A stretch of 64,000 nt of DNA from Oscillospiraceae bacterium (GCA_015064785.1 SVRM01000003.1:3336-67335); one strand, 5' to 3'; counted from the first letter of the stretch, positions 49,657-59,814 are shown. Made by a program: numbers and translations. The notes: generated by a model from the letters alone, not told the origin.

Positions 49657-51609
49657 TTATCCTGTAATATGCTCATGACCCGCAATCCGATACCGTACAG
49701 AATCCACCGTTTCGGTATCTGCGCACACCTCCAGCACACGCATCGGTGCGCCGACCGTCACGCCGTCATCTTCCGTCAGACGGCAGACAGAAGCGGAGCA
49801 GTCCCCGTATGCACGCAGCGTAATCGCAAACTGCGTATCTTCCGTGACATGGGATACCGGTTCTGCCAGCGGCAGCAGGGTTCCCTCTTTGACAAAGACG
49901 GGGATCTCATCGGTCACAACGGTATGCCAGCCGCCGTCGTAACGTTTGCCGTCAAAGAAGCCGTACCAGACACCGTGCGGCAGCCAGACGCGGCGTTCCC
50001 GCTCACCCGCGACCATCGGAGCGACAATCATGGCATCCCCGAACAGATACGCATCGTCACAGTCCCACGCCTCGCGCTCATCCTGATAGTCACAGACCAG
50101 CGCACGAACCGGCGGCTTACCGGTTGCGCGGTAATCGAAAAATGCGGTATACAGATATGGAATCAGCTGCATACGGACACGGAACAGACGGCGGATCTCA
50201 TCGATGCAGTCAAATTCCTCCCACGGCATCCGGTCAAGATACCATGCATTGACGAGTGCCTGCACGGAGAATACCACAGTCTGCACACGCCGGATCAGAT
50301 CCTCGGCAGTTTTGCCCTCTCTGACCTCCGGCGCCCAGAGCAGTCCGGAAAAACCGGCATTGACGGTCCCGCGGATGAAATCCTTGTGCGCATACAGATC
50401 GGAATACAATACAAACGGATACGATGCGGCAAGCGCACCCATGTTGCGCACCTCCGACCAGGTCCGCCGCTCGCCAAGTGCGCCGAGCAGCGTCTTTGCA
50501 TACAGAAGCCCGAACAGATTATGATACTGCTCGCCATCCATACCGGACGGGAATTCTTCACAATCCGGGAAGGTCCAGCCGCCGGTATAGTCGGAGCCGT
50601 CGCATTCATCGAGCTTGAAGCCGGTGATGCCCATATCGCAAAGCGTCTTCTGGTGTGCGGCAAAAATCTCCTGCGCTTCGGGCAGTGTGAAATCCGGAAC
50701 CAGACCGCGGTTGAACACCTCATAGCTTCCTGCATACGGCTTGAGCGCTTCATAAACAGGTGCTGTCGGATTGGTAAAGGCATGTTCCCACAGATTGACA
50801 TGGAAGCCCATCTCAACAAGCGACGACACCGTTTCCTCCGGATGCGGGAATCTGCCCTCTCTGTCCCACAGATATGAGCAGGAATACGCGCAGGTCTGCC
50901 ATCCCGGCTCCAGACCGAGAATGTCACACGGAATATCATATTCCCGGAAGCGGCGCGCAATATCCAGCACCTGCTCCTCGTTGAACTTGCCGCAGCAGCG
51001 ATAAAAGCCGCCGAGACCCCACAGCGGAGGCATACAGCCGCCGCCGGAGAACATGTTGTATTGCGAAACAAGATCAAGAATCGATTTCCCGGTGAAATAA
51101 TACACATCCACGCCGGGAGCAAACGGGATTTCGATCGTCATGACAGTATCGGCACCGGCACTGACCGCGGCATACAGCGCCTCAGTCGTCAGTGCAACCT
51201 CGCGGCGCTCTGCGGCGGCATCGGCATGGGCACCGGTATCGCGGCGCTTGCACTTGCCGTTGTAGAACGACACATACCGTGCCGTGTCGACAAACAGTCC
51301 CCAACCGGAAGTGGTGACAAAGAACGGTACCGGTGCATGGGAGTCGCCGCTGTCAGACAGAGGATCGGCATTGGATCGAATCGTCTTCTTCTTGCCGCGC
51401 TGCTGAAAACCGCGCAGCTGCAAACCGAAGCCGTAAACGCCGGCATCGCCATCGATGGGCATGGTCAGACAGACGCCGCGGCGTGTCATCTTTCCGTCGA
51501 TGGTGATCCCCGCAGGAAGACCATCGATGACCTCACATAACGGTTTCGGCGCAAAGCGTGTCGGTACAAATTCCTCCGGCGTACCAAACCGGATCTTATA
51601 GATGCTCAT
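49657..51609 (-). CDS. GH31 family glycoside hydrolase
   Basis: SHAPVPFF, GLEPGWQ, GFKLDECDG nucleophile region, RMQLIPYLY. Confidence 0.85.
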   Translation of the reverse strand: MSIYKIRFGTPEEFVPTRFAPKPLCEVIDGLPAGITIDGKMTRRGVCLTMPIDGDAGVYGFGLQLRGFQQRGKKKTIRSNADPLSDSGDSHAPVPFFVTTSGWGLFVDTARYVSFYNGKCKRRDTGAHADAAAERREVALTTEALYAAVSAGADTVMTIEIPFAPGVDVYYFTGKSILDLVSQYNMFSGGGCMPPLWGLGGFYRCCGKFNEEQVLDIARRFREYDIPCDILGLEPGWQTCAYSCSYLWDREGRFPHPEETVSSLVEMGFHVNLWEHAFTNPTAPVYEALKPYAGSYEVFNRGLVPDFTLPEAQEIFAAHQKTLCDMGITGFKLDECDGSDYTGGWTFPDCEEFPSGMDGEQYHNLFGLLYAKTLLGALGERRTWSEVRNMGALAASYPFVLYSDLYAHKDFIRGTVNAGFSGLLWAPEVREGKTAEDLIRRVQTVVFSVQALVNAWYLDRMPWEEFDCIDEIRRLFRVRMQLIPYLYTAFFDYRATGKPPVRALVCDYQDEREAWDCDDAYLFGDAMIVAPMVAGERERRVWLPHGVWYGFFDGKRYDGGWHTVVTDEIPVFVKEGTLLPLAEPVSHVTEDTQFAITLRAYGDCSASVCRLTEDDGVTVGAPMRVLEVCADTETVDSVRYRIAGHEHITG

Positions 51610-51612
51610 AGA

Positions 51613-53094
51613 TCAATCATCGTTTGACATATAGAAGTCCAGCGTTTCCTGCATTGCCGCCTCACATGCTTTTTCCTTGGAATCCCAGACAGTGGCAAAG
51701 GACTTTTCGTTGGTTGCAATGACTTCCAGCTGTGCCTTGATTGCACCCCAGTTGAAAACGAAGCCGAGGTCGTAACGCTTGGTGGAGAAGATGATGTCGA
51801 GCATGTCGCCGGATTCGTTGTCACGTGCCATCTTGGTGTACAGGTTGAGGTCATAGTATGCCTTTGTGACAGTATCGCGGGATTCATATGCCAGTGCTTC
51901 CAGCAGATGGCAGGTCATGTCGAGGTTTTCCACGTTGGTGGTCGGGACACAGATACCGGGTGCAACGTGCGTTGCGATCAGATGGTAGTAGTCCTCCTGA
52001 TTTTCGTCATACAGCGGATACGGCAGAATACCGAAGTCGTGTTCCATGTTGCGGTAGTAAATGATATCGTAGATGGAACCGGGGCGGAACAGATTGCGGT
52101 TTTCCATGAAGACCTTGTCAATCGTGGTCCAGGTTTCGGAACACTTGGATGCCCAGAGCATATTTTCGGTATCGTTGAAGTATTCCTTCAGATTTTCACA
52201 GACATCAAAGGTACGCTGGGATTCTACCGTGAAATGCGGTACACCTTCATCGTCCAGCGTAACGAGGTTGTTGCCGCAGGTGAAGTAGAACAGGAAGGTC
52301 ATACCGCCGTCGGAGAGAATACCGAACTGGTCGTTTTCATCGCGGACACCGTCACCGTTGAGGTCCTGTGCGACCTGCTTGCCGAGGGTCTGCATCTGTT
52401 CCATGGTCCAGGTCTTGTCACGCGCCATCTGATAAACGTCCGGAACGTCATAATCGGCCGCAACCTTCTTGTTGAAATAGACACAGTAGTTCAATTCTTC
52501 GTCGTAAACGGAGATATCACCGGTCATGACATAAATCTTGTCAAACATTGCAAGGTCACGCTGAATGGCCTGATCCCACCACGGAGCGTCCATCTTGACC
52601 GACGGCAGCTCATACCAGTTCAAGAACATGCCCTCCATCGCCATCGACATAGCATCATTGATGTACAGCTCCATGATTTCAAAATCATCGGAGCCGGCAG
52701 AAATGGAGTTGCGTGCGGTTGTTGCCGGTGCGGAATCATTGGTAACCACGATCTCGCAGTTATAGCGTTCTTCAATCATCAGATTGCGGGCACGGATGGC
52801 ATCGTTGATCAGCTCGCCGGCCATCGTCTCGTCATAATAAAAGTCATACTGATGAATACAGTCAATGCCCAGCTCATAACCGAGAATGCGCAGCTTATCA
52901 CCGCCGAAGTCTGCCTCCGGCAGATCGAGTGCAGGTCTGTCATCGGTTTCGGCATTCGATTCCACTGCGGTATCGGCAGGGGTTGTACCGGCTGTGGTAT
53001 CCACAGCAGAACCGCCGTCACCGCCGCAGGATGCAGCCGTTCCCATCACCGTACAAAGCAGCAAAAATGCGGGAAGTATTCTCTTGAAATTCAT
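51613..53094 (-). CDS. extracellular solute-binding lipoprotein
   Basis: lipobox AASC; APWWDQ, DLNGDG, FGILPYP, RDNESGDMLDII. Confidence 0.75.
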   Translation of the reverse strand: MNFKRILPAFLLLCTVMGTAASCGGDGGSAVDTTAGTTPADTAVESNAETDDRPALDLPEADFGGDKLRILGYELGIDCIHQYDFYYDETMAGELINDAIRARNLMIEERYNCEIVVTNDSAPATTARNSISAGSDDFEIMELYINDAMSMAMEGMFLNWYELPSVKMDAPWWDQAIQRDLAMFDKIYVMTGDISVYDEELNYCVYFNKKVAADYDVPDVYQMARDKTWTMEQMQTLGKQVAQDLNGDGVRDENDQFGILSDGGMTFLFYFTCGNNLVTLDDEGVPHFTVESQRTFDVCENLKEYFNDTENMLWASKCSETWTTIDKVFMENRNLFRPGSIYDIIYYRNMEHDFGILPYPLYDENQEDYYHLIATHVAPGICVPTTNVENLDMTCHLLEALAYESRDTVTKAYYDLNLYTKMARDNESGDMLDIIFSTKRYDLGFVFNWGAIKAQLEVIATNEKSFATVWDSKEKACEAAMQETLDFYMSNDD

Positions 53095-53143
53095 GTCATA
53101 ATCCTCCGGATATTGTTATTATAGTATGATATTTATTTTCTGA

Positions 53144-55294
53144 TCAATAATGCTCTGTCCGCGCAAGAATATCCTCCTGCACCGCACGGTCGAGCTTCGT
53201 ATAGTACGCCGAAAATCCCGACACACGGACAACCAGAGACGCATAGTTCTCCGGATGCGCCTGTGCATCACGCAGGGTATCCTTGGAAACACAGTTGATT
53301 TGCAATTCCTGTCCGCCCATTAAGAAATACGAGCGGATCACGGCACCGAGCTTGGCGCGCTTTTCGGCATTCCCAAACATATCAGGCGTATATTTCTGAT
53401 TGACAACGGTACCGCAGGCAACGCGCGTGTAGTCGGGCTTGCACAGTGACAGTGCCGATGCCGTGGGACCCGAGCGGTCCATGCCGCGCATCGGAGATGC
53501 CGCATCGGAAACAGGCAATCCCGCGCCGCGTCCGTCGGGTGTAGCTCCGACCTCACGTCCTGCGCTGATGTTCTGCGTATTGGATGCGATGGCAATGTAG
53601 TATCTGCCGCCGTCAGGCGTGCGGTACGAATCGAACAGATCCGCCTGTGCATCGACAAACCAGATGGCGTATTTGTCCGCAATGTCATCGTTGTTGCCGT
53701 ACTTCGGCGCGTCGATCAGCTTCTTGCGCAGGTCGTCATACCCTTCAAAGTTCGCCGCAAGTGCATCACGCAGTTCTCCGAGCGTGAGAACCTTGTCGCG
53801 GTAGACCAGCGTTTCAATCGCTGCAAGGGAATCCGCGACTGTAGCAATGCCCATACCGCAGGCACCGTGTGCTGTGGGATACTTCGCACCGCCGCGGTTG
53901 ATATCGATCCCGCGCTCGATGCAGTCATCACAGAAGCAGGAAAGGAACGGCGACTGGTGGTTGATCGAATCGGCAACCGTATTGACACGGTTGAAACTCT
54001 CGACATAATTCTTCGCGCCGACGCGCAGCTGTGCCGTGAACGCTTCCATGAAGTCATCCATTGTCGCAAACGAATCGGGATCCCCCGTTTCGATGCCGCG
54101 CTTGACGCCGTCGAGCAGAGAGCAGCCGTTGTTGAGTGCATATTCGAGATACACAGGCGTATTGAAGCGTCCGTCGGACCACGGCGGCTGCTTGCCCTGA
54201 ATGAAGTTCTCAATACAGCCGACCATACAGTAGTCGCGGCAGTCCTCAATGGAATATCCCATACGGTGAAGTGCCGGGATGTTGACGTCGTCGTTCATCA
54301 GCGCAGGATAGCCGAGTCCCGTGCCGATGACCTCCAGACACGCATCGAGAAACTCCTTCGGCGTATCTTTATGAATTCTCGCCGACAGATTCGGGCCGGG
54401 AATGAAGCACCGTCTGACCGCGCGGAGAATACAGAACGACAGCGCATTGGTCGCATCCGATCCGTCTTCCGGTTTGACACCGCCGATGGCAATGTTGGAG
54501 ACATCGTCACCGCCGCCAAGCGATCTGCGCTCACCGATCTTGATGAAAACCGATGCCAGATCGTCGGTTGCTTCTTCCTCGGTCAGAACACCGGACGCAA
54601 TGTCGCGCGCAAAGAACGGATACAGATACTGATCAAGCCGTCCGAACGCCATGGCATATCTGCCCTCATAGGCAAACGCAATGTAGGTAAACCACACCAG
54701 CTGCAGCGCATCCGCAAAGGACTGCGGCACATCGTGCGCAATCCTGCGGCACCGTGCGGCAATGCCGGCAAACCGGAGCTTGTCATCCCCGTCTGCGGCA
54801 AGTGCTTTCTTTTCCGCTTCCCCGGCATAACCGAGAATCATTTCAGCAAAGCCCTCCATGGCAATCCGCGCCGCGCGCAGAAAGGATGTCTTTTCCGCAT
54901 CATCGGCATAACGGACAAGGGACGCATCGATGTCCTCCAAGGTTCCGCCGATACCGCGCGTCAGAAAATGTGAATAATTTGCGCCATAATGGTCAGAATT
55001 GGTATGAAAGCCTCTTTCCGGATACGGCGCACAAATGGCACGTGCCGCCTCCGCAGCTTCTGCCGACACCTCGGCATACATGCCGCGCTGAGAACCGGCA
55101 AACCGGTCGTTATCGTAAAGATGCTTTCTGTGGGACACAAACAGCGACCGGATGGCATAAGCACGGGCGATGACATTTTCATCCTCCGCATGGGCAGAAT
55201 ATCCCTCCGCACGGTAAACCTGCGCAGCATATCTGCCGACTGCCGGTGCCTGCATTTCCATCTTCAGCGCTGCAAGGTCAAACTGCATTTGCAT
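53144..55294 (-). CDS. glycyl radical enzyme, non-PFL, substrate unknown
   Basis: GRLDQYLYPF, Cys loop VGCIE, Gly loop VRVSGFS; 716 aa. Confidence 0.9.
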   Translation of the reverse strand: MQMQFDLAALKMEMQAPAVGRYAAQVYRAEGYSAHAEDENVIARAYAIRSLFVSHRKHLYDNDRFAGSQRGMYAEVSAEAAEAARAICAPYPERGFHTNSDHYGANYSHFLTRGIGGTLEDIDASLVRYADDAEKTSFLRAARIAMEGFAEMILGYAGEAEKKALAADGDDKLRFAGIAARCRRIAHDVPQSFADALQLVWFTYIAFAYEGRYAMAFGRLDQYLYPFFARDIASGVLTEEEATDDLASVFIKIGERRSLGGGDDVSNIAIGGVKPEDGSDATNALSFCILRAVRRCFIPGPNLSARIHKDTPKEFLDACLEVIGTGLGYPALMNDDVNIPALHRMGYSIEDCRDYCMVGCIENFIQGKQPPWSDGRFNTPVYLEYALNNGCSLLDGVKRGIETGDPDSFATMDDFMEAFTAQLRVGAKNYVESFNRVNTVADSINHQSPFLSCFCDDCIERGIDINRGGAKYPTAHGACGMGIATVADSLAAIETLVYRDKVLTLGELRDALAANFEGYDDLRKKLIDAPKYGNNDDIADKYAIWFVDAQADLFDSYRTPDGGRYYIAIASNTQNISAGREVGATPDGRGAGLPVSDAASPMRGMDRSGPTASALSLCKPDYTRVACGTVVNQKYTPDMFGNAEKRAKLGAVIRSYFLMGGQELQINCVSKDTLRDAQAHPENYASLVVRVSGFSAYYTKLDRAVQEDILARTEHY

Positions 55295-55357
55295 GATAAT
55301 CCTCCAATCCCCATGTTCCGCTTTTGCGGAAACAGCAATCGTAATCATGATAAAGTT

Positions 55358-55392
55358 AGTATATCATATTCCGCAGAACTTGTCCATACGAT
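55358..55392. promoter_or_regulatory. overlapping divergent promoters: sigma-A (minus, GRE) and sigma-E-like (plus, nucleotidyltransferase)
   Basis: minus TGGACA-N17-TATACT with TG extension (55358-55386); plus TCATATT-N14-CATACGAT (55364-55392). Confidence 0.6.
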
Positions 55393-55454
55393 TTTGCAAA
55401 AAATTTGTTTTTCTTTTGAATTTTTCCCTGAATATAAGGAAAGGAATCTCTGTC

Positions 55455-57974
55455 ATGTCGGTTTCGAAACTCAGCAACACCACACTTCCCATTCTGCTCG
55501 CAGGCGGCGAGGGAACCCGTCTGCGTCCGATCACATCCGATCTTCCCAAACCGCTGATTCCGGTCGACGGCACACCTGCCATCTGCCGGATCCTCGACAC
55601 ACTCTCCGCGCTCGGTACCAATCGTGCCGTGGTTACCGTTCGATACCGTGCTGACGACATCATCGGACTGCTCGGCGACAGCTACGCCGGTATCCGCCTG
55701 TACTATTCCCGTGAAGATACCGCTCCGCGCGGAACTGCCGGCGGTGTGCGTGACGCATGGGACCGCTATGCCGATGATGCGGATACCGATGCACTGATCA
55801 TCAGCGGCGACGCAGTCTTCACCTGCGATCTTGCCGCCTTTGCCGCATTTCATCGGGACAGAAACGCCGACGCCTCCCTGCTGTGCGTACATGTTCCCGA
55901 CCCCGGTGCGTTCGGTATTGTCAGTACCGACACGCACGGCCGCATTACCGGCTTTTCAGAAAAACCGTGTGCCGCAGAAACGCTGTCCGACACCGTCAAC
56001 ACGGGCATTTACTGCCTGCGGCGCAGCTTTCTTGCGCAGATTCCAGCAGACGGCACACCGGATTTCGGACAGGATGTCTTCCCCGAGGCCCTGCGCGGAG
56101 GACTGGCATTGTATGCCTTTGAAAGCGACGATTATTGGTGCGATGTCGGTTCCTTTGCAGCTTATCTTGCCTGCTCACTCGACATCAGTGCAGGCAAAAT
56201 TCCAAACACCGCAACACCGCGGATGCGGACCGTGTACCCACCGCATATCACGGACTCCTCCGTCGGACAGGCTTGCTTTGTTCCGGCAACGGCATCGGTG
56301 CGCGGCAGTATCCTGTTTGACCGCGTCATCATCGGTGCAGGTGCATCTGTGACCGGTTCCATTCTGTGCGAAGGCGTCCGTGTCGGCGACGGCACAATCA
56401 TCGATGCCGGATGTGTCATCGGCCGCGGCTGCATCATCGGTGACCATCAGCGCCTGCCGCGCGGAAGCAGATTGGAGCCGGGAACGCATCTGACGGAAGA
56501 CCCGCTGACATCCGGCGGAACGCGCGGCGGCATCCATGCTGCAAGTGATGCGTTTGACGGCGGCGCGGCACTGTCGCCCTACCTGTCCGATGTCGGCTAT
56601 GCGCTGTCAGTCAGCTGTCATCCGGAACCGGAAACTGCGGTCTGCTTTGCGCGTGCCCTTGCCGCCTTTGCGCAAAAAGAACACTGTGTGCTGTTTCTCT
56701 GCCGTGCCGAGGACACCCCAGCCCTTGGCTGTATCGAAGGGCTGATCGGCGAAACACTTGCCTGCACTGTCCGCGGCACGCCGGATGCCGTTCCGGTATG
56801 CGGTGCAGACGGGGTACTGCCGCTGTCAGCTGCACGGATGCCCTCCCTGCCGATCCCGTTCAGCCATGCGGAGTATCCTGGAGGCGTCTTCCGTGTGGTA
56901 CTGCTGCGGCGCGGCGGCATTCCGTGTGCGGCGGTCTTTGACAATGCGGGACTGCACCCGACACGGCGCATCGAGCGGCTGCTCGACACCTGCTTTTCCG
57001 ATGCACTGTCCTGGGTCCGCCGTCCGCAATACGCGGCATCTCCTTCTGTTTCCGCCGGGGTTCAGCCGATTCTGCGGCTTTCAGCGGAGGATCTGCTGTC
57101 GGCATACCTTGCCCGGTATGTATCGGACAGACTGTATGCATTCGACGGCAGTCCGTTCCTGTTCTCCTGCGGCACAACCCCGCAGGACCGCCTGCTTTCG
57201 CGCCTGCTGTGCAGCATGGGCGGTATAGAACGCGCCGCCGCACCGCTGCATTTTTCCGTACAGGCACCATCGGAGGACAGCGGTGACATTCTCTGCCCGC
57301 TTCAAGTCACCGATCTGCAAAAGTCCCCGGCCGCCTCCTATTCCCACTGGACACTGCTGTCTCTGCTCGCTGCATACAGCCGTTCTGCACGCAGTACCGC
57401 GCATTTCTTTCCAACACCACGCACACCGGATCCCGACAGGACGGCACCGCTGTCCGTTCCCGTCTGCGCACCGGAGCATCTTCTGTCCGATTACCGGTAT
57501 TCCAACACACCGGCAATCTCCGATCATGCCGCCGCAGATGATCCTGCCGTTCTTGCCCGGCAGTATGCCGCGGCAGAAGCCGAAGATGCGGTTCTTCTGG
57601 CACGGGATATCGCCCTTTTGTGTTCGTCACACGCGCAGTCCATCGGAAATCTTCTGCGTACCGTGTCATCCGGCGCAGAACAGCCGACGACCTGCCGCCG
57701 CCACGGCTTTGCGGTATCGCATACCGATCCTGCACATCCGCTGACCCTGTCCGCACCGCTGTCGGCACTGACCCGAAGCACGGCGGATGAGGCGTTTCAT
57801 CCTGCGGTGGAGGGCGTTCTGTACCGGCGGAACAGCGGCACCGTCCGCATCGTCGCCACACGGGACCACAATTTCCGCATCATCGCCGATGCCTATACAG
57901 CAGAAGCGGCAGAGGAGCTGTTCCGCTTTGCCAAAGATCGGCTTTTGTGTACGGTGATCTCCGATCAGAAATAA
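55455..57974 (+). CDS. sugar-phosphate nucleotidyltransferase (Man-1-P guanylyltransferase-like) with LbH and degenerate phosphomutase-like C-terminus
   Basis: LAGGEGTRLRPIT..PKPL, GTAGGV, SEKP, YWCDVG; hexapeptide repeats; long divergent C-terminal region. Confidence 0.78.
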   Translation: MSVSKLSNTTLPILLAGGEGTRLRPITSDLPKPLIPVDGTPAICRILDTLSALGTNRAVVTVRYRADDIIGLLGDSYAGIRLYYSREDTAPRGTAGGVRDAWDRYADDADTDALIISGDAVFTCDLAAFAAFHRDRNADASLLCVHVPDPGAFGIVSTDTHGRITGFSEKPCAAETLSDTVNTGIYCLRRSFLAQIPADGTPDFGQDVFPEALRGGLALYAFESDDYWCDVGSFAAYLACSLDISAGKIPNTATPRMRTVYPPHITDSSVGQACFVPATASVRGSILFDRVIIGAGASVTGSILCEGVRVGDGTIIDAGCVIGRGCIIGDHQRLPRGSRLEPGTHLTEDPLTSGGTRGGIHAASDAFDGGAALSPYLSDVGYALSVSCHPEPETAVCFARALAAFAQKEHCVLFLCRAEDTPALGCIEGLIGETLACTVRGTPDAVPVCGADGVLPLSAARMPSLPIPFSHAEYPGGVFRVVLLRRGGIPCAAVFDNAGLHPTRRIERLLDTCFSDALSWVRRPQYAASPSVSAGVQPILRLSAEDLLSAYLARYVSDRLYAFDGSPFLFSCGTTPQDRLLSRLLCSMGGIERAAAPLHFSVQAPSEDSGDILCPLQVTDLQKSPAASYSHWTLLSLLAAYSRSARSTAHFFPTPRTPDPDRTAPLSVPVCAPEHLLSDYRYSNTPAISDHAAADDPAVLARQYAAAEAEDAVLLARDIALLCSSHAQSIGNLLRTVSSGAEQPTTCRRHGFAVSHTDPAHPLTLSAPLSALTRSTADEAFHPAVEGVLYRRNSGTVRIVATRDHNFRIIADAYTAEAAEELFRFAKDRLLCTVISDQK

Positions 57975-58027
57975 AAAAGCCCGACCGACGGCGTCTCCTC
58001 ACGAGACAAACCGATCGGTCGGTTTTT
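57974..58027. terminator. bidirectional terminator
   Basis: AAAAAGCCGACCGA...TCGGTCGGTTTTT. Confidence 0.65.
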
Positions 58028-58034
58028 CTGTAGT

Positions 58035-58691
58035 TCACTCTGTAATATCGCGGAATTCTGTTTCGTAGGTACCGTCGTTGGCACGCTTCGGTGCGTCGTT
58101 TCCGAATCTGTGGAGGGTAACATGGAGTGCGTGCGATGTCCAGAACGCGCCAATCCCGTTGCACAGGATCAGAAATCCGCCCACACGCAGTGTCAGCTCC
58201 AGCGCATCAAACGGATGCAGCAGCATCAGAATTCCGCCGAGTACCGTCACCGCGCCGATGATGCAGGCAGAATAAAACATCCGCTTCTGTCTGCCGGCAG
58301 ATGCCGCCTGCCGCTTGTTTGCCGCTGTATTCCGCACCGTCCGGTGCATCGCCGCAGCACAGCGGATGCGGTCCACGCCGTCCATCAGGAAAAAGACACC
58401 GACAGCCATCGGCAGAAGGGAAAAAATGTTTTCCGGCTGAAAGAGAATATAACAGCCGATCAGAATTGCTGCGGTGCCGAACAGAATCGCACCGATCCGG
58501 AAAAACTGTGCCGTCCGCAGTGCTGTCACCAGCTTCCATATGCCGTATGCAATGCACAGCAGACCCAAAATCAGCGACAGTGCGCCGACCACCAGTCCCG
58601 GGAAAAACAGAAAAACAGCGCCGATCAGAACACAGCACAGCACATACACCGCCGAGGATATCTGATTGGTTTCTTCTTGATAATCGTGCAT
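58035..58691 (-). CDS. DUF308/HdeD-like membrane protein
   Basis: about 6 TM helices with the repeated G..ll..P pattern. Confidence 0.65.
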   Translation of the reverse strand: MHDYQEETNQISSAVYVLCCVLIGAVFLFFPGLVVGALSLILGLLCIAYGIWKLVTALRTAQFFRIGAILFGTAAILIGCYILFQPENIFSLLPMAVGVFFLMDGVDRIRCAAAMHRTVRNTAANKRQAASAGRQKRMFYSACIIGAVTVLGGILMLLHPFDALELTLRVGGFLILCNGIGAFWTSHALHVTLHRFGNDAPKRANDGTYETEFRDITE

Positions 58692-58868
58692 TCCGCAATC
58701 CCCCTCTCCTGCATTTCTCACTATTATTATACGCAAAAATTATGAGCGAATCAGCGATACTTCGTGACAATTTTTTGAATTTCCTGTAAACATGTTGACT
58801 TTTCCGGAAATTCTCTTTATAATAAAAATGTCAGACCAGATTGTCATACCGACAAAGGAGGAAAACCC

Positions 58869-59480
58869 ATGAGCAAATGCATCGTTCTGGATGCCGGACA
58901 CGGAAGATACGGCAATCCGTACCCGACCATCGAAGGTAAATACGAAGGTACACAGAATTTCATTTACGCCGGAAAGCTGGCATCCCGTCTCAAAGCCGCC
59001 GGCTTTACCGTACTTCTCACGCGTCCGGACATTGACGACGATCCCCAGCTTTCCGAACGCGGTGCGCTGGCAGGCAAAAACAACGCCATTCTGTTTCTGT
59101 CCCTGCATTCCAACGCGCCGGGATCATCAACCCCGCCGGAGCGTTATCCGCTGGTGCGTGGTGTCATGACGTTCTATTCGCTGACCGCAAGAGAGGAAAA
59201 CGCGCCGTTTGCCGCAGAACTCAATGCCATCGCCGCCGAGGTCATGCAGAGTGACAACCGCGGCATTATGATCCGTGAATATCCCGGAGTTCCGGAAGAT
59301 GATTACTACGGCGTCATCCGTGCGGCTGCCAAAAGCGGCTGCCGTCAGGCCTTTCTGATCGAACACGGCTTCCACACCAACATCGACGACGCGACATTTT
59401 TAACCACCGATGCCTGTCTTGATGCGCTTGCCGATGCCGAAGCAGCTGTGATTATCCGCCATTTCGGTTCATTGACATAG
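58869..59480 (+). CDS. N-acetylmuramoyl-L-alanine amidase (Amidase_3)
   Basis: LDAGHG, EG, LTR, LSLHSNA, LIEHGFHTN. Confidence 0.9.
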   Translation: MSKCIVLDAGHGRYGNPYPTIEGKYEGTQNFIYAGKLASRLKAAGFTVLLTRPDIDDDPQLSERGALAGKNNAILFLSLHSNAPGSSTPPERYPLVRGVMTFYSLTAREENAPFAAELNAIAAEVMQSDNRGIMIREYPGVPEDDYYGVIRAAAKSGCRQAFLIEHGFHTNIDDATFLTTDACLDALADAEAAVIIRHFGSLT

Positions 59481-59588
59481 GATCTCCCCATGGAAGTTGT
59501 TCCTGTTTTTCATTTTCCGGGCAGAAATTTTCATTTTTCTCTTGTAATTTCTTTTGGAATATGGTATAATAATGGAACAGTTTCCTAT

Positions 59589-59665
59589 TGGGGTATCGCC
59601 AAGTCGGTTAAGGCACAAGACTTTGACTCTTGTATTCGCAGGTTCGAGTCCCGCTACCCCAGCCA
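59589..59665 (+). tRNA. tRNA-Gln(TTG)
   Basis: acceptor TGGGGTA/TACCCCA, anticodon arm CAAGA-ctTTGac-TCTTG, TTCGAGT loop, encoded CCA. Confidence 0.95.
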
Positions 59666-59703
59666 TAAAAGAAGGAATCGCCGCAGGCGGTTCCTTCTTT
59701 TAT
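59666..59703 (+). terminator. tRNA-Gln terminator hairpin
   Basis: TAAAAGAAGGAATCGCC-gca-GGCGGTTCCTTCTTTTA. Confidence 0.7.
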
Positions 59704-59792
59704 CTTTGGAGTGGTGGGACTATACTACCTACGACAGAAAGAATTTCCACAGGAAATTCTTTTGCGGAACCGAAGCGGTTCCGCGGCAGGTC

Positions 59793-59814
59793 TTCGAGTC
59801 CCGCTACCCCAGCC
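59793..59814 (+). repeat. 22-bp direct repeat of tRNA-Gln 3' end (att-like)
   Basis: TTCGAGTCCCGCTACCCCAGCC identical to 59643-59664. Confidence 0.9.

Noticed and set aside
49657-51609. sulfoquinovosidase
   Set aside because: Nucleophile region is KLDECDG, not the WMADFGE type, and no sulfoglycolysis genes are nearby
53144-55294. pyruvate formate-lyase (pflB)
   Set aside because: Single Cys in GCIE rather than the adjacent Cys-Cys of PFL
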